From Candidatus Aenigmatarchaeota archaeon (GTDB taxonomy: Archaea > Aenigmatarchaeota > Aenigmatarchaeia > Aenigmatarchaeales > JACQIB01), in contig JACQIB010000001.1 of the NCBI GenBank assembly GCA_016198755.1, positions 1-32,000 on the forward strand: a stretch of 32,000 bases of DNA. Direction: 5' to 3'. The position numbers and the translations under genes are program-made. This document shows positions 31,939 to 32,000 of the stretch, piece after piece. The notes below the pieces were generated by a model, which saw nothing but the letters and a program-made list of their open reading frames with translations, had not been told where the DNA came from and did not search any database. Numbering within the stretch: the first letter of the stretch is position 1; each line of letters opens with the position of its first letter.

Positions 31939-32000
31939 CCCGCGCGTTGCTACCTCGCTGTCGGCTCCCCCCCTCCTGGCTGTGCAGTAGCAGCCAAGGG

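Larger units (their letters stand above)
27828..32000 (+). rRNA. rrl: 23S rRNA gene, 5' part (E. coli positions about 1-2545), running off the window end and interrupted by at least 5 insertions
   Basis: Conserved blocks are recognised by eye: GGTGGATG...CGATGAAG..GCTGCGATAAGCC (5' end), GGCTTAGAAGCAGCCA (GAC), GGTTAATATTCC, the H69 sequence GGCGGTAACTCTGACCGTC, GGTAGCG, GAAGACCCCGTGGAGC, CCCCGGGGAT/AACAG, and CCTCGCTGTCGGCTC...GCAGCCAAGGG. No 16S lies upstream. Confidence 0.95.

Overview
Low-GC archaeal chromosomal segment. Archaeal hallmarks are aEF-1beta, Pth2, FEN1, TruD, CDP-archaeol synthase, and TTTAAATA TATA boxes about 30 nt upstream of start codons. A small-genome, DPANN-like lineage is my inference only. 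I call about 40 protein genes, one tRNA and a partial 23S rRNA gene. Left to right: secreted or lipobox proteins and a processive GT2 glycosyltransferase; truD; a 1563-aa surface protein with four Cys-bracketed repeats and a large orphan cytoplasmic domain; a polar-lipid head-group cluster (psd-pssA-carS plus a second CDP-alcohol transferase) lying directly behind a tRNA-Arg(GCG) that carries two non-canonical introns; an aEF-1beta locus with two unannotated Zn-finger micro-ORFs; a GbsR/MarR-like regulator divergent from a Tes/MJ0619-type radical-SAM enzyme, with a perfect 18-bp palindrome between them; three toxin-antitoxin pairs interleaved with cutA, fen1 and a tRNA-binding protein; an orphan SPPY DNA methyltransferase; housekeeping genes (pcm, bcp, PIG-L deacetylase, ApgM-like, SET-domain methyltransferase). 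The window ends in a 23S rRNA gene that has no 16S upstream and is preceded by about 500 nt of unexplained leader. By hand alignment to the E. coli 23S sequence (recalled from memory) this gene is interrupted by at least five insertions. One is a LAGLIDADG homing-endonuclease intron in the GTPase-associated centre. Four lack an endonuclease ORF and sit in the functional core (H69/H70 junction, the 2058-2062 site, the A2451 site, H89). One of those four encodes a Shine-Dalgarno-preceded 42-aa hydrophobic micro-ORF, and another contains a duplicated 57-nt hairpin module. No CRISPR array, transposase or integrase was seen. All homology calls rest on motif recognition by eye; no database search was possible.
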